DNA of 35,185 nt, taken from NCBI GenBank assembly GCA_050744025.1, contig JBOGGR010000406.1, positions 1-35,185 of the forward strand, given 5' to 3'. Position numbers and translations under genes: made by a program. Within the stretch, counting starts at the first letter, position 1; each line of letters begins with the position of its first letter. Positions 17,262-28,051 of the stretch are shown in pieces. This stretch comes from Acidimicrobiales bacterium. Lineage in GTDB: Bacteria; Actinomycetota; Acidimicrobiia; Acidimicrobiales; JAJPHD01. The notes below the pieces were generated by a model that saw only the letters and a program-made list of their open reading frames with translations, did no database searches and was not told the origin of the DNA.

Positions 17262-18706
17262 CAGCCGACGCTCCCTTCCAGGCTCACGTTCAAGAGGCGC
17301 TGGGCCTCGATGGCGAACTCCATGGGGAGCTCCTTGAAGACCTCACGGCAGAACCCGTTCACGATCATGGACGTGGCCTCCTCCTCGCTGAGCCCGCGCT
17401 GGCGGGCGTAGAACAGCTGGTCCTCGCTCACCTTGGAGGTGGAGGCCTCGTGCTCGACCTGGGCCGACGAGGTCTTCACCTCGACGTAGGGAAAGGTGTG
17501 CGCCCCGCACTCGGGCCCGATCAGCAGCGAGTCGCACCGGGTATGGTTCCTTGCCCGCTCGGCAGAGCGGAGCACCTTCACCTGGCCCCGGTAGGTGTTC
17601 TGCCCGTGCCCGGCCGAGATCGCCTTGGACACGATGGTGCTGCGGGTGTCCTTGCCGATGTGGACCATCTTGGTGCCGGTGTCCGCCTGCTGGCGGTTGG
17701 CGCTGAGCGCCACCGAGTAGAACTCCCCGACCGAGCCCTCCCCCTGAAGGACCACGCCCGGGTACTTCCAGGTGATCGAGGAGCCGGTCTCCACCTGGGT
17801 CCAGGAGATCTTGGACCGGGCGCCGGCGCACCTGCCGCGCTTGGTGACGAAGTTGTAGATGCCGCCTCGGCCCTCTGCGTCCCCCGGGTACCAGTTCTGC
17901 ACGGTGGAGTACTTGATCCGGGCGCCTTCCATGGCGACCAGCTCGACCACCGCAGCGTGCAGCTGGTTGTCGTCGCGCCTCGGAGCCGTGCAGCCCTCCA
18001 GGTAGCTCACCTCGGCTCCGTCCTCGGCCACGATCAGGGTCCGCTCGAACTGGCCGGTGTCGGCGGCGTTGATCCGGAAGTACGTGGACAGCTCCATCGG
18101 GCAGCGCACTCCTCGCGGCACGTAGCAGAACGAGCCGTCGGAGAAAACCGCGGAGTTGAGGGTGGCGAAGAAGTTGTCCCGGTAGGGGACCACGGAGCCG
18201 AGGTGGGCCCGCACCAGGTCCGGATGCGTCCGCACCGCCTCGGAGAAGGAGCAGAAGATGACCCCCGCGTCGGCGAGGCGCTTCTGGAAGGTCGTGGCCA
18301 CCGACACCGAGTCGACCACCGCGTCCACCGCGACGCCCGAGAGCCGCTCCTGCTCGGCCAGGGAGATGCCGAGCTTGTCGAACATCGCCCGCAGCTCGGG
18401 GTCGACCTCGTCCAGGCTCCCCGGGGCGGCCTTCGCCTTGGGGGCCGCGTAGTAGATGATGTCCTGGTAGTCGATCGGCGGGTAGGTCACGTTCTGCCAG
18501 CTGGGCTCGGTCATCGTGAGCCAGTGGCGGTACGCCCGCAGGCGCCACTCGAGGAGCCAGTCGGGCTCGTCCTTCCTGGCCGAGATCGAGGCGATGACCT
18601 CCTCGCTCAGGCCGCGAGGGGCGAGATCGGTCTCGATGTCGGTGACGAAGCCGTACTGGTACTCGGCGCTCGCCAGCGCTGCGACTTCGCTCGGCGGGGC
18701 GCTCAT
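17261..18706 (-). CDS. sufB: Fe-S cluster assembly scaffold SufB
   Basis: ORF track 481 aa. Highly conserved SufB blocks: [59 protein letters not shown]. Confidence 0.95.
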
Positions 18707-18746
18707 CTGGCACTCCCCTGGCGCACGCCCATCGGCGCGCCTGCCT

Positions 18747-18758
18747 CTTTTAGCATCA
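18747..18758 (-). promoter_or_regulatory. Extended -10-like box TGATGCTAAAAG (minus strand) upstream of sufB
   Basis: The 11 nt TTTTAGCATCA (18748-18758, plus strand) are identical to 13731-13741. They lie about 40 nt upstream of the sufB ATG (18706). Confidence 0.4.
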
Positions 18759-18845
18759 CAGCCTCCTCCTCTTCTGATCGACCGACCGCTCTACGGCGAG
18801 TGTATCTCAAACTTCCACTAGAACAACCGGGTAGGCTCGACCTGC

Positions 18846-19577
18846 GTGGGACGAGAGCCGACAGCTTGGCAGCTGGCTCAGGTCGCCGAGCTCATCGTGG
18901 AGGCACCCGACGCCGTCACGCTGCGCCTGCGCCTGGAGCGCCCCTCCGGCTTCCTTCCCGGCCAGTACTATAACCTGCGCCTCGCCGTCCCGGGCCGCCC
19001 ACGACCCGTGCAGCGGGCGTACTCCGTGGGCTCCTCGCCGTTCCCCGAGCCCTCGGTCATCGATCTCGGCGTGAAGGAGGTCGGGGAGGGCCTCGTCTCC
19101 CCCCGGCTGGTCCGGGACGTTTCCCCGGGCGAGAGCCTGGAGGTTCGAGGCCCGGCCGGGCGCTTCTGCTGGACGGAGGAGGACGGCGGCCCGCTCCTCC
19201 TGGTCGGCGTCGGCAGCGGGGTGGTACCCCTCATGGCCATCATCCGCTACGGCGCCTCGCGAGGGCTGGACGTGCCCATGGCCCTCCTGTGCTCGGCGTC
19301 TGACTTCGATCATGCCCTCTACCACGAGGACCTCGCCCGACTGGCGGAGACCTGCCCATGGCTCGAGGTCCTGCACTCCTTCACCAGGGACCCGGGCGAT
19401 CCCCGCGCCGCCCACCACCGACGCATCGACGCCGCCATGCTGGAGGACGCGCTCGGGGTCGGGGGTCCCCGCCTGGCGTACCTGTGCGGGCCCCCCGCGA
19501 TGGTCGACGACGTGACCGGTTGGCTCGTCGAGCTCGGGCTCGACCCGACCCAGATCCGTACCGAGAAGTACGACTGA
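18846..19577 (+). CDS. FNR-like FAD/NAD(P)-binding oxidoreductase (ferredoxin-NADP reductase family)
   Basis: ORF track 243 aa. The RAYS FAD motif is RPVQRAYSVGS. The NAD(P) motif is LLLVGVGSGVVPLMA. C-terminus is YLCGPPAMVDDV. Divergent from sufB. Confidence 0.8.
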   Translation: MGREPTAWQLAQVAELIVEAPDAVTLRLRLERPSGFLPGQYYNLRLAVPGRPRPVQRAYSVGSSPFPEPSVIDLGVKEVGEGLVSPRLVRDVSPGESLEVRGPAGRFCWTEEDGGPLLLVGVGSGVVPLMAIIRYGASRGLDVPMALLCSASDFDHALYHEDLARLAETCPWLEVLHSFTRDPGDPRAAHHRRIDAAMLEDALGVGGPRLAYLCGPPAMVDDVTGWLVELGLDPTQIRTEKYD

Positions 19578-19660
19578 CCGGGCCGGGGCCTCCCGATCGT
19601 TGTTCTGCTGGCCCGTTCATATACTTGGGAGAACAAGAGGTCGAGGCCAGGAGGAGGTCC

Positions 19661-20960
19661 ATGCCGATACCGCAGACCATGGCGATCGTCGGAGCCGGCC
19701 TGGCCGGGGCCAAGGCCGCCGAGTCCCTCCGGGCGTGGGGCTTCGACGGGCGGATCGTCCTCGTGGGCGAGGAGCCGGTCCGGCCCTGCCAGCGCCCTCC
19801 GCTATCGAAGTCCTACCTGCGTCGGCCGGTCCGGCTTCGAGGAGGCTGCTGTCCACGGGGAGCGCTTCTACGAAGACAAGGCCATCGAGCTGCTCACCTC
19901 GACGGCGGTGACCAGGCTCGACCCGCGGGAGAAGGAAGCGGAGCTGGCGCCGGGGGGCAGGATCCTGCGCTACGACCGGCTGCTCCTCGCCACCGGGGCC
20001 AGTGCAAGGGGCCTCGAGGTGCCGGGCTTCGATCTCGGGCGGGTGTACCGCCTGCGCAGCCTGGCCGACGCCAAGGGCCTGCGCGCAGCGGCGCGGGCCG
20101 CCAGCCGGGCTGTCGTCATCGGGACCGGCTGGGTGGGGACCGAGGTGGCTGCCTCTCTTCGCCGCCTGGGCCTAGAGGTGGCTCTGGTCGGGCGGAGCGC
20201 TGTGCCCTTCCAGCGGACGCTCGGCGTCGACGTGGGGCGGGTGTTCGCCGCCGTGCACGCCGACCACGGCGTTGAGCTGCACCTCGGCGTGCAGGTGACG
20301 TCGCTGGCCGGGCGGCGCCGGGTGGAGGAGGTGCGCCTCGCCGACGGCCGGGCCCTGCCCTGCGACCTGGTGGTCGCCGGCCTGGGGGCGCCCCCTCGGA
20401 CCGAGCTCGCCGAGGCGGCCGGCTTGGCGGTGGCGGACGGCATCCTCACCGACTCCCACCTCGAGACCGGGGTCCCGGGCGTCTTCGCCGCCGGAGACGT
20501 GGCCAACCTCCCCCACCCCGTCCTCGGCGCACGGCTCCGGGTCGAGCACTGGTGGGGTGCGCTCACGGAGGGCCCGGTGGCGGCCGCCAACCTGCTGGGG
20601 CACCGGGCGGTCTACGGCTGGGTCCCGACGTTCACCTCACGCCAGCACGACATGCTGGTCGAGCACACAGGGCACGCCGCCGCATGGGACCAGGTCGTGG
20701 TCCGGGGAGACCTCGACCAGAGGTCCTTCGTCGCACTCTGGATGCGGCGCGGCCGCGTCCTGGCCGGCATGAACGCCAACACCCCCGGCGCAGCGCGTCA
20801 CATCCAGGCCATGGTCACGACTGGTCGACGCATCGACCCCGAGCTCCTGGTCGACCCACGCGTGGACCTGGGCGCCCTCGCCCCTCCCGGGAGCGCCGGC
20901 CGGCCGGCCGAGGAGAGCACGGATCACAGAAGAGCGACGGAGAGGAGCACCCATGAGTGA
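19661..20960 (+). pseudogene. FAD-dependent ferredoxin reductase (pyridine nucleotide-disulfide oxidoreductase family), one frameshift
   Basis: ATG 19661 with the SD GGAGGAGG. MPIPQTMAIVGAGLAGAKAAESLRAWGFDGRIVLVGEEPVRPCQRPPLSKSYLR breaks near 19822-19830. It continues in the frame of ORF 19908-20960 as GFEEAAVHGERFYEDKAIELL...LLLATGASARGLEVPG...AAGDVA...RVEHW. Confidence 0.8.
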
Positions 20961-21108
20961 CACGCACGATCAGATGGCAGCCGGCACGGACACAGGCGCC
21001 GGCATCAACGAGGGCATGCGGGCCTGGTACGAGTCCTGCCCCTGTTGCATGAGCCAGGCCTATCCAGAAGTGAAGCAGGCCCTGGGCGAGGAGCGCCCCG
21101 CCAGCTGA
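20953..21108 (+). CDS. Hypothetical 51-aa Cys-rich peptide (CPCC motif)
   Basis: ATG 20953 overlaps the reductase stop (ATGAGTGA). Translation is MSDTHDQMAAGTDTGAGINEGMRAWYESCPCCMSQAYPEVKQALGEERPAS. Not in the ORF track because it is under 60 aa. Support comes only from coupling and position. Confidence 0.3.
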   Translation: MSDTHDQMAAGTDTGAGINEGMRAWYESCPCCMSQAYPEVKQALGEERPAS

Positions 21109-21155
21109 GCCGGCGCAGGCCCCCTCCAGCTCGAAGTAGCGCCCGGCCCGCCGGC

Positions 21156-21941
21156 TCAGTACGGGGTGCCGATTCGCCGCCAGCGCCTCCCGCTCGTGCC
21201 CGGCTCGTTCGGCCGGGAGGGCACGCGGCGGCGGTAGACGACGAAGGGGCGCCACAGGTAGAAGTACGGGTAGCTCCCGTGGACCAGGCGGCTGAAGGGC
21301 CACACCCCGATCAGGACCCAGGCGCAGATGACGTGGACCTGGAACAGCAGCGGCGCGCTCATGGCGGCCCGAGCATCCGGAGCACCGCTGAAGAGGCTGC
21401 GGAACCACGGCGAGACGGTCGTGCGGTAGTTGTAGTGGCTGCCGAGCAGCTCCACCCCCACCGTCTCCGCGATGCCGAGCCCGATGATGATCGCGAGCAG
21501 GATGAGTGCCACCCAGTCCACAGGTGAGGTGGTGGACCGAACCCGGGCCACGAACAGGCGCCGCCCGGCCAGGATCAGCACCCCCACGATGACCGCAACG
21601 GCCGCCACGGTCCCGGCTATGGCCGCGAACTGGCGGTAGACGACCTCGGGGATCCCGAGAGCCCGGGTCGCCGACTCGGGAACGAGGATCCCGAGTATGT
21701 GGCCCCCGATGGCGGCGAAGGCCCCGTAATGGAAGAGCGGGGAGCCCCACTTGAGCGCGCGGCGCTCCTGGAGCTCGGTGGAGCGGCTGGTCCAGCCGAA
21801 CTGGTCGTAGCGGTAGCGCCAGATGTGGCCGATGACGAAGGTGAGAAGCGCCGCGTAGGGAAGGATCACCCACCAGAACAGGCCGCCCCCGCCGACGCCC
21901 GGGAGCCCGCCAACTCCCGATGCGGCGAGCAGCTCGCTCAT
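21156..21941 (-). CDS. narI: Respiratory nitrate reductase gamma subunit NarI
   Basis: ORF track 261 aa. Five TM segments. Heme-ligand His context is VIGHIWRY and PLFHYGAFAAIGGHILG. Its start overlaps the narJ stop. Confidence 0.9.
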   Translation of the reverse strand: MSELLAASGVGGLPGVGGGGLFWWVILPYAALLTFVIGHIWRYRYDQFGWTSRSTELQERRALKWGSPLFHYGAFAAIGGHILGILVPESATRALGIPEVVYRQFAAIAGTVAAVAVIVGVLILAGRRLFVARVRSTTSPVDWVALILLAIIIGLGIAETVGVELLGSHYNYRTTVSPWFRSLFSGAPDARAAMSAPLLFQVHVICAWVLIGVWPFSRLVHGSYPYFYLWRPFVVYRRRVPSRPNEPGTSGRRWRRIGTPY

Positions 21942-22570
21942 CTCTTGGTCAACCCCTGCGCGATGACCTCGGGGGGCGCGAAGGGCTCGAGGCCCACCGC
22001 CTCGGTGGGCGGGCCGTCCGCCCGGTAGCGCCTGATCGCAACTCGGTCCACCCTGGCCAGGCCGCCCAGGGCGCCGGTGACCGCTCCGACCACGCGAGCC
22101 CAGGGGCTGCCGGCCTCCTCCAGGGCCTCCCGCAGGGAGCCGAGGGCCGGGCGTTGCCCTGCCAGGGCGCTCTGGCCCTCCACCGACACGGCCGCCAGCT
22201 CCAGGAGTGCGGGGAGGAAGTCGGGCAGCTCTCCCCCGGCGAGCGTCATCCCGGCCCGCCGGTACACGTCCACGAGGGCCACGAGGGCGAGGCCCCGCTC
22301 TCGCGTGTCGCCGTGGCGGTAGTAGGTGAGGTACAGGCTGCGCCGGCGGCGCAGGTCGAAGGTCTCCACGTACACGGTGGCCGCCTGCATCGGTCCCATC
22401 CCCGCCAGCCAGCCCCGGGCTGCCTCGAGGGCGCCCCGCGCCTCACCTCGGGGCAGGCGGCCGAGAGCTCCGGCCACGGCCGCCAGGTCCCCCGCGAAGG
22501 TGGCCTCGTCGGGATAGGACAGCAGCACCGAGGAGGCCCCGAAGACCACCTGGGCGTGCGCCCTCCTCAT
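21938..22570 (-). CDS. narJ: Nitrate reductase molybdenum cofactor assembly chaperone NarJ
   Basis: ORF track 210 aa. Motifs: YVETFDLRRRRSLYLTYY and ELPDFLPALLEL. Located between narH and narI. Confidence 0.85.
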   Translation of the reverse strand: MRRAHAQVVFGASSVLLSYPDEATFAGDLAAVAGALGRLPRGEARGALEAARGWLAGMGPMQAATVYVETFDLRRRRSLYLTYYRHGDTRERGLALVALVDVYRRAGMTLAGGELPDFLPALLELAAVSVEGQSALAGQRPALGSLREALEEAGSPWARVVGAVTGALGGLARVDRVAIRRYRADGPPTEAVGLEPFAPPEVIAQGLTKR

Positions 22571-24185
22571 CGCCTTCCGCCCTCCTCCGGGTCCGACTCC
22601 ACCACCCGCAGGTGGGTCCTCCCGTCGCCGCCCCGGGAGACGAGCGGCTCGGTGCGCCTGGCGCCCCGAAGGTGGAACCCGGGCACCGCCTCCTCTGGGA
22701 TCCCCCAGCCTCCCATCCCCGGGCCCCCCTCGGACTCGAGCGAGCAGCCGGAGAGCGAGTGCTGGGCGAGGAGGCGACCGGCGTCCTCGGCGTGGGCCGG
22801 GGGCACCACGTAGCGGTCCTCGTAGCGGGCGATGGCAAGGAGGCGGAACAGGTCCTCCGCCTGCTCGGCGTCCATGCCCGCCGCAGCGGGGTCCGCCGCC
22901 GGCGCCAGGCCCAGCTGGCGGGCCCGCATGACGGCCCGCACGACGGCCAGCCGCCGCAGCGCGTCGCGCACGGGTGCCACCTCTCCGGCTGTGAACAGGT
23001 TCGCCAGGTACTCGAGCGGGATGCGCATGGCGTCGATGGCGGCGAACACCTGGTCGGGGTCGGCGTCACCGCCGGCGCCCCCTCCGGGCCCGGCCACGAC
23101 ATCGGCCACCGGGGACAGCGGGGGCACGTACCAGACCATGGGCATCGTCCGGTACTCCGGATGGAGGGGGAGCGCGACCCGGTGGCGGGCGATCAGGGCG
23201 TACGCGGGTGAGCGCCTCGCCGCCTCCACCAAGTCATGAGGTATGCCCGCCGCCTCGGACTCGGCCCGCACCTGGGGGTCCTCCGGGTCCAGGAAGACGC
23301 CGAGCTGAGCCTCGTAGAGGTCCTGGGGGTCACGGGTCGCGGCGGCCGCGGTGACGGCGTCGGCGTCGTAGAGGACCAGCCCGAGGTAGCGGAGGCGCCC
23401 GACGCAGGTCTCCGAGCAGATGGTGGGGAGGCCCGCCTCGATGCGGGGGAAGCAGAGCGTGCACTTCTCGGCCTTCCCCGTGCGGTGGTTGAAGTAGACC
23501 TTCTTGTACGGGCATCCGGAGACGCAGAAGCGCCATCCCCGGCAGCGGTCCTGGTCCACCAGGACGATCCCGTCCTCCTCGCGCTTGTACATGGCCCCCG
23601 ATGGGCAGGAGGCCACGCAGGAGGGATTGAGGCAGTGCTCGCAGATCCGGGGCAGGTAGAACATGAAGACCTGCTCGAAGCTGAGCTTCACCTGCTCGGA
23701 GAGGGCGACCAGGTTCGGGTCGGCCTCGGCCCGGCCGGGCGCGCCGGCCAGGTCGTCCTCCCAGTTGGTGCCCCACGACGGGACCATGTAACGGCCGGTC
23801 AGCGTGGAGTGCGACTGCACGCTCGGGCTTTGGTCCCCGCCGGGGCAGTGATGAGCTTCGCGTAGTCGTAGGTGAACGGGTCGTGGTAGTCCTCGATCGT
23901 GGGGAGGTCCGGGTTGTAGAAGATCGTGAGGAGGCGCCGCAGCCGGGAGCCCGAGCGAAGCGTGAGCCTCCCCCGCCTGTCGAGGCGCCATCCCCCCTTC
24001 CAATGGTCCTGGTCCTCGTAGCGTCGGGGATAGCCGAGGCCGGGCTTGGTCTCGACGTTGTTGAAGTAGACGTATTCCGTGCCTGGCCGGTTCGTCCAGG
24101 TCTGCTTGCAGGTGACCGAGCAGGTGTGGCAGCCGATGCACTTGTCCAGGTTCATGACCATGCACACCTGGGCCATCGGCCTCAT
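22567..24185 (-). pseudogene. narH: Respiratory nitrate reductase beta subunit NarH, one frameshift
   Basis: ATG 24185 (MRPMAQVCMVMNLDKCIGCHTCSVTCK...) reads to ...DYAKLITAPAGTK. A break near 23826-23828 looks like one C missing on the coding strand. It continues as PSVQSHSTLTGRYMVPSWGTNWEDDL...CEHCLNPSCVASCPSGAMYKREEDGIVLVDQDRCRGWRFCVSGCPYKK in ORF 22567-24165. Confidence 0.9.
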
Positions 24186-27100
24186 CAGAACTCGATCTCC
24201 TGGGAGCGCCTCCGGATGACGGCCAGCTCGTCGCGCTGGGAGCCGGTCGGCCCGTAGTAGTTGAACCCGTAGGAGAGCTGGGCGTAGCCGCCGATCAGGT
24301 GGGTTGGCTTCATCCGCAGGCGGGTGAGCGAGTTGTCGGTCCCCCCGTGCAGGCCCGAGGCCTCCGACACCGGCATCTCGACGTGGCGGTCGATGGCGTG
24401 GTACATGAGCACGGTGCCCGGCGGCACCCGGTGGGTGACGACGGCCCTCGCCACCGTCACCCCGTTGCGGTTGTAGGCCTCGATCCAGTCGTTGTCGGCG
24501 ACGCCAATGCGGGCCGCGTCGGTGTCGTTGACCCAGATGACCGGCCCTCCCCTGAAGAGCGAGAGCATGTGGGGGTTGTCCTGGTACTCCGAGTGGATGG
24601 ACCACTTGGAGTGCGGGGTGAGGTAGCGGGCGACGAGCTGGGCCTCCCCCCAGCCGGGGCGCCTCGGGTCGCCGAGGCTGCCCACCAGGTCGAGGGGCGG
24701 CCTGTAGGTAGGGAGGCCCTCGCCCACCTCGGCCATCCAGTCGTGGTCCAAGAAGAAGTGCTGGCGCCCGGTGAGCGTGTGCCAGGGCTTGAGGCGCTCG
24801 ACGTTCACCGTGAAGGGGGAGTAGCGCCGTCCCTCGGACTCGCATCCCGACCACTCCGGGGACGTGATCACCGTGCGGGGCTGGGTCACGGTGTCGGCGA
24901 AGGTGATACGGTCGCCCGCGCGCTCGTGAGCCAGGTCGGCGAGGGCCACGCCACAGCGAGCCTCCAGGTCCTCGAAGCCGGCCACCGCCAGGCGCCCGTT
25001 GGTCGTGCCGGAGAGCGCGAGGATCGCCTCGCAGAAGCGGTCGTCGCGGTCGATCCGGGGCCGCCCGTCCGCCACGCCGCCGCGCACCGTCCCGTTGCGG
25101 GCAGCGAGCCACCCCGTCTCCTGGCCGACGAGGATCCGGACCCCTTTGGTGGTGGCGCCCATCTCGTCGACGAGGGGCCCGAGCGCCCGCCAGCGCTCGG
25201 CCAGGCGCGGGTAGTCGCGCTCGACCACGACCAGGCCGGGCATGGTCCGTCCGGGCAGCGCCTCGCATTCCCCCGACGCCCAGTCGAGGGCCCTCCCGCC
25301 GGGCTGGGCCACCTCGCCGGGCGTGTCGTGGAGGAGCGAGACCGCGACGACGTCCCTGCGCACCCCGAGACGGCCCTCGGAGAGCCGGGAGACCTCGGCG
25401 GCGAGGTCGGAGAACAGGTCGAAGTCGCTCCGGGTCTCCCACGGAGGGGCGATGGCCGGGTTGAAGGTTGAAGGAGTGCACGAACGGGTGCATGTCGGTG
25501 GAGGACAGGTCGTGCTTCTCGTACCAGGTGGCAGCTGGAAGGACGACGTCCGCGTAGATCCCTGTGGAGGTCATGCGGAAGTCGATGGCGACGAGCAGAT
25601 CGAGCTTTCCCTCCGGGGCGGGCTCCCGCCAGGCCACCTCGGCGGGGCGGGTCTCCGGCGGGCACTCGGCGGCGTCCACCGCGTTGTCGGCGCCGAGCAG
25701 GTGGCGCAGGAAGTACTCGTGGCCCTTCCCCGAGGACCCGAGCAGGTTCGAGCGCCACACCGTGAGCACGCGGGGAAAGTTCACCGGGTTGTCGGGGTCC
25801 GAGGCTGCGAAATGGAGCCCTTCCCGCCACGAGCTCCTCCGCCACGTACTCCGGCACCGCCATACCCTTCGCCTCTGCCTCGTCGCAGAGGTCCAGCGGG
25901 TTGCGGTCGAAGGCGGGATGGGAGGGCTGCCAGCCCTGGCGAACGGCGTAGGCATTGAGGTCTGCCTCGGTCCTGCCGTCGAAGAGGCCCTTCCCGAGGG
26001 GGCTCGACAACAGGTCGGCCCTCGCCCCCTCGTAGCGCCACTGGTCGCTCGCCAGGTACCAGTACGGGGTGCCGGGGACCTGGCGGGCGGGCCGGACCCT
26101 GACCCAGTCGGCGGCAAACGCGAGCGTCGACCATCCCGTGAGTGGCCGCACCTTCTCCTGGCCGACGTAATGGGCCCAGCCTCCGCCGTTCACTCCCTCA
26201 CACCCGCAGAGCATGAGGAGGGAGAGGAACGTCCGGTACACCTGGTCGGAGTGGAACCAGTGGTTCGTGCCCGCCCCCATCGCGATCATCGACCGGCCTC
26301 CCGACACCTCGGCGTTGCGCGCGAACTCCCTCGCGACACGAGCCGCCGCGACAGCGGGGACCGAGGTGATCGCCTCCTGCCAGGCCGGGGTGTAGGGCAC
26401 AGCCGCGTCGTGGTAGCCGGCTGGCCACTCCCCGGGGAGCCCGGGGCGGAGGACCCCGTACTGAGCCATGACCAGGTCGAAGACCGTGGTGACGAGGTGC
26501 CCGGCGATCTCGATCGCCGGCACTCCCCTGCGCAGCACTGCCCCGCCCTCCCCCTCGCCCACGTCGAAGCGGGGCAGGTCGACGGGCACGGCCCGGGCGC
26601 CGGGCTCCTCGAGCCTCGAGCAGCGTGAGAGCGGGATCGATCCCCTCCAGGCGGAGGTTCCAGCGCCCCATTCCAGACGCCGCCCAGCGAAAGCCGAGGG
26701 AGCCGTTGGGCACGGCGGGTTCGTGGCCGGCCCGGTCGAGGACCACCGTCTGCCATTTCGCCTCGTCGGACCCGTCACCCAGGTCCGACGCGGCGAGAAA
26801 ATGGTCGGGCACGAACGCGCCTTCGCGCTCCCGCAGCGTCACCAGGAATGGAAGATCGGTGTAAGTGCGCGCGTACTCCGAGAAGCGCTGGACCTGACGG
26901 TCCCGGTAGAACTCGGACAGGACGACGTGGCCCATGGCCATGGCGAGGGCCCCGTCGGTCCCCGGATTGGCTGGCAGCCAGTCGTCGGCGAACTTGGTGT
27001 GGTCCGAGTAGTCGGGTGACACGACGACGACCTTCTGGCCCCGGTAGCGGGCCTCGGTCATGAAATGGGCGTCAGGCGTGCGAGTGATCGGCAGGTTCGT

Positions 27101-27910
27101 CCCCCACACGATCAGGTAAGAGGCGTTCCACCAGTCCGCCGACTCGGGCACGTCGGTCTGGTCGCCGAAAACCTGGGGGGAAGCGGGGGGAAGGTCGGCG
27201 TACCAGTCGTAAAAGGAGGGGATCGTGCCGCCTAGGAGGGAGTAGAAGCGGGTGCCAGCGGCGTACGAGGTCATCGACATCGCGGGTATCACCGTGAAGC
27301 CGGCCGTTCTGTCAGGGCCATACTCGGCGATCGTGTGGACGTGGGCGGCGGACACGAGCTCCAGCACCTCGGGCCAGGCGGCCCGCACGAAGCCGCCGCG
27401 GCCCCTCGCCTTCTTGTACGCGGCGGCCCGCTCGGGGTCGGAGGTGACCTCTGCCCAGGCCGCCACCGGGTCGCCGCCCAGGCGAGCCTTGGCCTGCCGC
27501 CACATCTCGAGCAGCGTCCCCCGCACGTACGGGTAGCGGACCCGGGAGGGCGAGTAGGTGTACCAGGAGAACGACGCCCCCCTCGGGCATCCCCTCGGCT
27601 CGTACTCGGGTGAGTCCGGGCCGACCGAGGGGTAGTCCACCGCCTGGGTCTCCCAGGTGATGATCCCGTCCTTCACGTAGACCTGCCACGAGCACGAGCC
27701 GGTGCAGTTCACCCCGTGCGTGGAGCGGACGATCTTGTCGTGGCGCCAGCGCTCCCGGTAGAACTCCTCGGCCTGGCGCCCTCCCCGACGGTGCAGCTCC
27801 CTCAAGTCGGGCGACTCCTCGCCCCGCTGGATGTAGCGGGCGGCTCGCACCAGGCCCACCTCGGCCAGCAGCTCTCGGCCCTGCGCGTCTCCACGGTCGT
27901 TCCCGCCCAC
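24185..27910 (-). pseudogene. narG: Respiratory nitrate reductase alpha subunit NarG, 3 frame breaks (two are 7-bp tandem duplications)
   Basis: GTG 27910. N-terminus is FYRERWRHDKIVRSTHGVNCTGSCSW. Four ORF-track pieces are 26198-27910, 24886-26778, 23799-26117 and 24185-25363. They join at about 26607-26620, about 25823 and about 25459-25472. Conserved blocks WRSNLLGSSGKGHEYFLRHLLG and YLTPHSKWSIHSEYQDN are present. Confidence 0.9.
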
Positions 27911-28051
27911 CGCGCCCCCTTCCTGCCTCTCGGCCTCTGCATGTCGGTCGGCGGGTGTCGTGGCCTCGCCACTTCGAACGCTAGGCTAGGATGGGACGCC
28001 TCCGATTCTCAAGTCACTCCGAGAACTACCCCTCCGGGGCAGGACAGCCCG

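Noticed and set aside
21106-21158. Bidirectional terminator between the small ORF and narI (GAGCCGGCG ... CGCCGGCTC)
   Set aside because: It is a 9-bp stem with a roughly 33-nt loop and no U-tract, so it is not convincing as an intrinsic terminator.
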